64,000 nucleotides of DNA from Guyparkeria sp. (GTDB lineage Bacteria; Pseudomonadota; Gammaproteobacteria; Halothiobacillales; Halothiobacillaceae). Shown piece after piece: positions 62,589 to 64,000 of the stretch; within the stretch, counting starts at the first letter, position 1; each line of letters opens with the position of its first letter. Below the pieces are notes generated by a model, which saw only the letters and a list, made by a program, of their open reading frames with translations, searched no databases and was not told the DNA's origin. The position numbers and the translations under genes were made by a program. The stretch covers positions 10,377 to 74,376 of the forward strand of contig NZ_JAWLBP010000005.1 of NCBI RefSeq assembly GCF_041687595.1, written 5' to 3'.

Positions 62589-62702
62589 TCAATCGCCCCT
62601 GCGGGGCAGTCGCAGCAGCAGCGACGGGCAGACGTCACGCAGCCCGACCACCGGAACGGTGGTCGGGAGGGAACCATAGGCTGCGTGGAAACGACTGCTC
62701 AT
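62589..62702 (-). CDS. Putative leuA leader peptide (37 aa)
   Basis: MSSRFHAAYGSLPTTVPVVGLRDVCPSLLLRLPRRGD*; CTG CTG CTG CGA CTG Leu cluster; stop about 90 nt upstream of the leuA start. Confidence 0.65.
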   Translation of the reverse strand: MSSRFHAAYGSLPTTVPVVGLRDVCPSLLLRLPRRGD

Positions 62703-62708
62703 TTGGAC

Positions 62709-62737
62709 AAGTTAACGACCCAGGGGCTCCGATTCAA
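62709..62737 (-). promoter_or_regulatory. sigma70 promoter for the leu leader/leuA
   Basis: TTGAAT-17 nt-TAACTT, then 6 nt to the leader ATG; the -35 overlaps the pssA stop. Confidence 0.65.
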
Positions 62738-63513
62738 GATGCCAGGCGTTTCAGGCGCCGACGCAATCCGCTTGAGAGCGTCCACAACGGGGCCGACAGC
62801 GCGTAGGCACTGGCCAGAACCCACAACGTCAGGGCGAAATCCTTCAAGAGCAGCACGAACACGATGATCGCGATCGGCAGGCTGAGGAAGGACAACCGCA
62901 GACGCGGTGAGAGCCGCTTGCCACTGAAGTACGGAAAGCTCGAGACCATCAACAGCCCGGTGGTGATGGTGATCACCCAGACCCAGCCCTGCTGTGCCTC
63001 GAAGGGAATGCCGTGCGCCTCGAAGAACCACACCATGCCCATCAACACCGCCGCGGCCGCCGGCGAGGCCAACCCCACGAAGTAGCCCTTGTCGACCGTC
63101 TCCACCTGAACGTTGAAGCGGGCCAGACGAATGGCCGCCGCTGCGGCAAAGACGAACGCGCCGAGCATGCCCCAGCGATCGCCCATGCCCTGCAGGCTCC
63201 AGAGGTAGACGATCAGTGCCGGCGCGATGCCGAAGGAGACCACGTCGGAGAGCGAGTCGTACTGGATGCCGAACTCCGACTCGGTGCCGGTCATCCGCGC
63301 CACGCGCCCATCCATGCCGTCGAGCAGCATGGCAACGAAAACGGCGATGGCCGCCGGGACGAAGTTGTCCTGGACGGCCATCACAATCGCGAAAAAACCG
63401 GCGAACAGGGCGCCGGTCGTGATCAGGTTGGGCAGAAGGTAGATCGCCTTGCGCCGCCGATGGTCATCCTGCCGGTCGGCCGGTTGCTGCTCGGTCTGCG
63501 TCTCGTGATCCAT
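62734..63513 (-). CDS. pssA: CDP-diacylglycerol--serine O-phosphatidyltransferase
   Basis: LPNL.T, DGMDGRVAR....SEFG..YDSLSD..SFG, RLARFN, F.GL.SP. Confidence 0.94.
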   Translation of the reverse strand: MDHETQTEQQPADRQDDHRRRKAIYLLPNLITTGALFAGFFAIVMAVQDNFVPAAIAVFVAMLLDGMDGRVARMTGTESEFGIQYDSLSDVVSFGIAPALIVYLWSLQGMGDRWGMLGAFVFAAAAAIRLARFNVQVETVDKGYFVGLASPAAAAVLMGMVWFFEAHGIPFEAQQGWVWVITITTGLLMVSSFPYFSGKRLSPRLRLSFLSLPIAIIVFVLLLKDFALTLWVLASAYALSAPLWTLSSGLRRRLKRLAS

Positions 63514-63555
63514 GTTCTGCCCCTCCCGGGATTGCCTCGTGCGACGGTCCCGCGA

Positions 63556-64000
<445 letters not shown>

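Overview
A GC-rich, mostly housekeeping chromosomal window from a Gammaproteobacterium. The acidic proteins, a CbbY-type phosphatase, SoxW- and DUF302-type proteins and a periplasmic rhodanese suggest a halophilic sulfur-oxidising autotroph such as Guyparkeria/Halothiobacillaceae (inference only). Core loci in order: cutA-dsbD; aroQ-accBC-prmA; ygfB-pepP-ubiH-ubiF/I-K+ channel; zapB-like-zapA-6S RNA-ygfA-EVE; ilvA/rpiA; a retropepsin + 7TM inactive transglutaminase + RimK-like ligase trio; aroE; rsmI/lpoA-yraN-SIS; radA; xseB-ispA-dxs-queD-folE2; dapA-bamC; bcp-phoH; proS; wrbA; galU; slyD; sbcB-slt; gluQ; ilvC-pssA-leuA-(holD-like)-rimI-prfC. I saw no prophage, CRISPR array, tRNA or rRNA. Best leads: (1) a TlpA-SoxW-TolC-soluble adaptor cluster with no inner-membrane pump, possibly sharing a LysR-type box with a DUF302 lipoprotein gene, as a candidate periplasmic thiol/sulfur export system; (2) an unannotated, apparently leaderless Leu-rich leader peptide with alternative RNA pairings upstream of leuA; (3) a 94-bp IS5-like MITE between 6S RNA and ygfA; (4) DsbD with duplicated N-terminal domains, a stand-alone CZB protein, a degenerate GmhA/DiaA and a reversed tandem rhodanese. 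All calls come from motif recognition and synteny by eye; no database searches were run.
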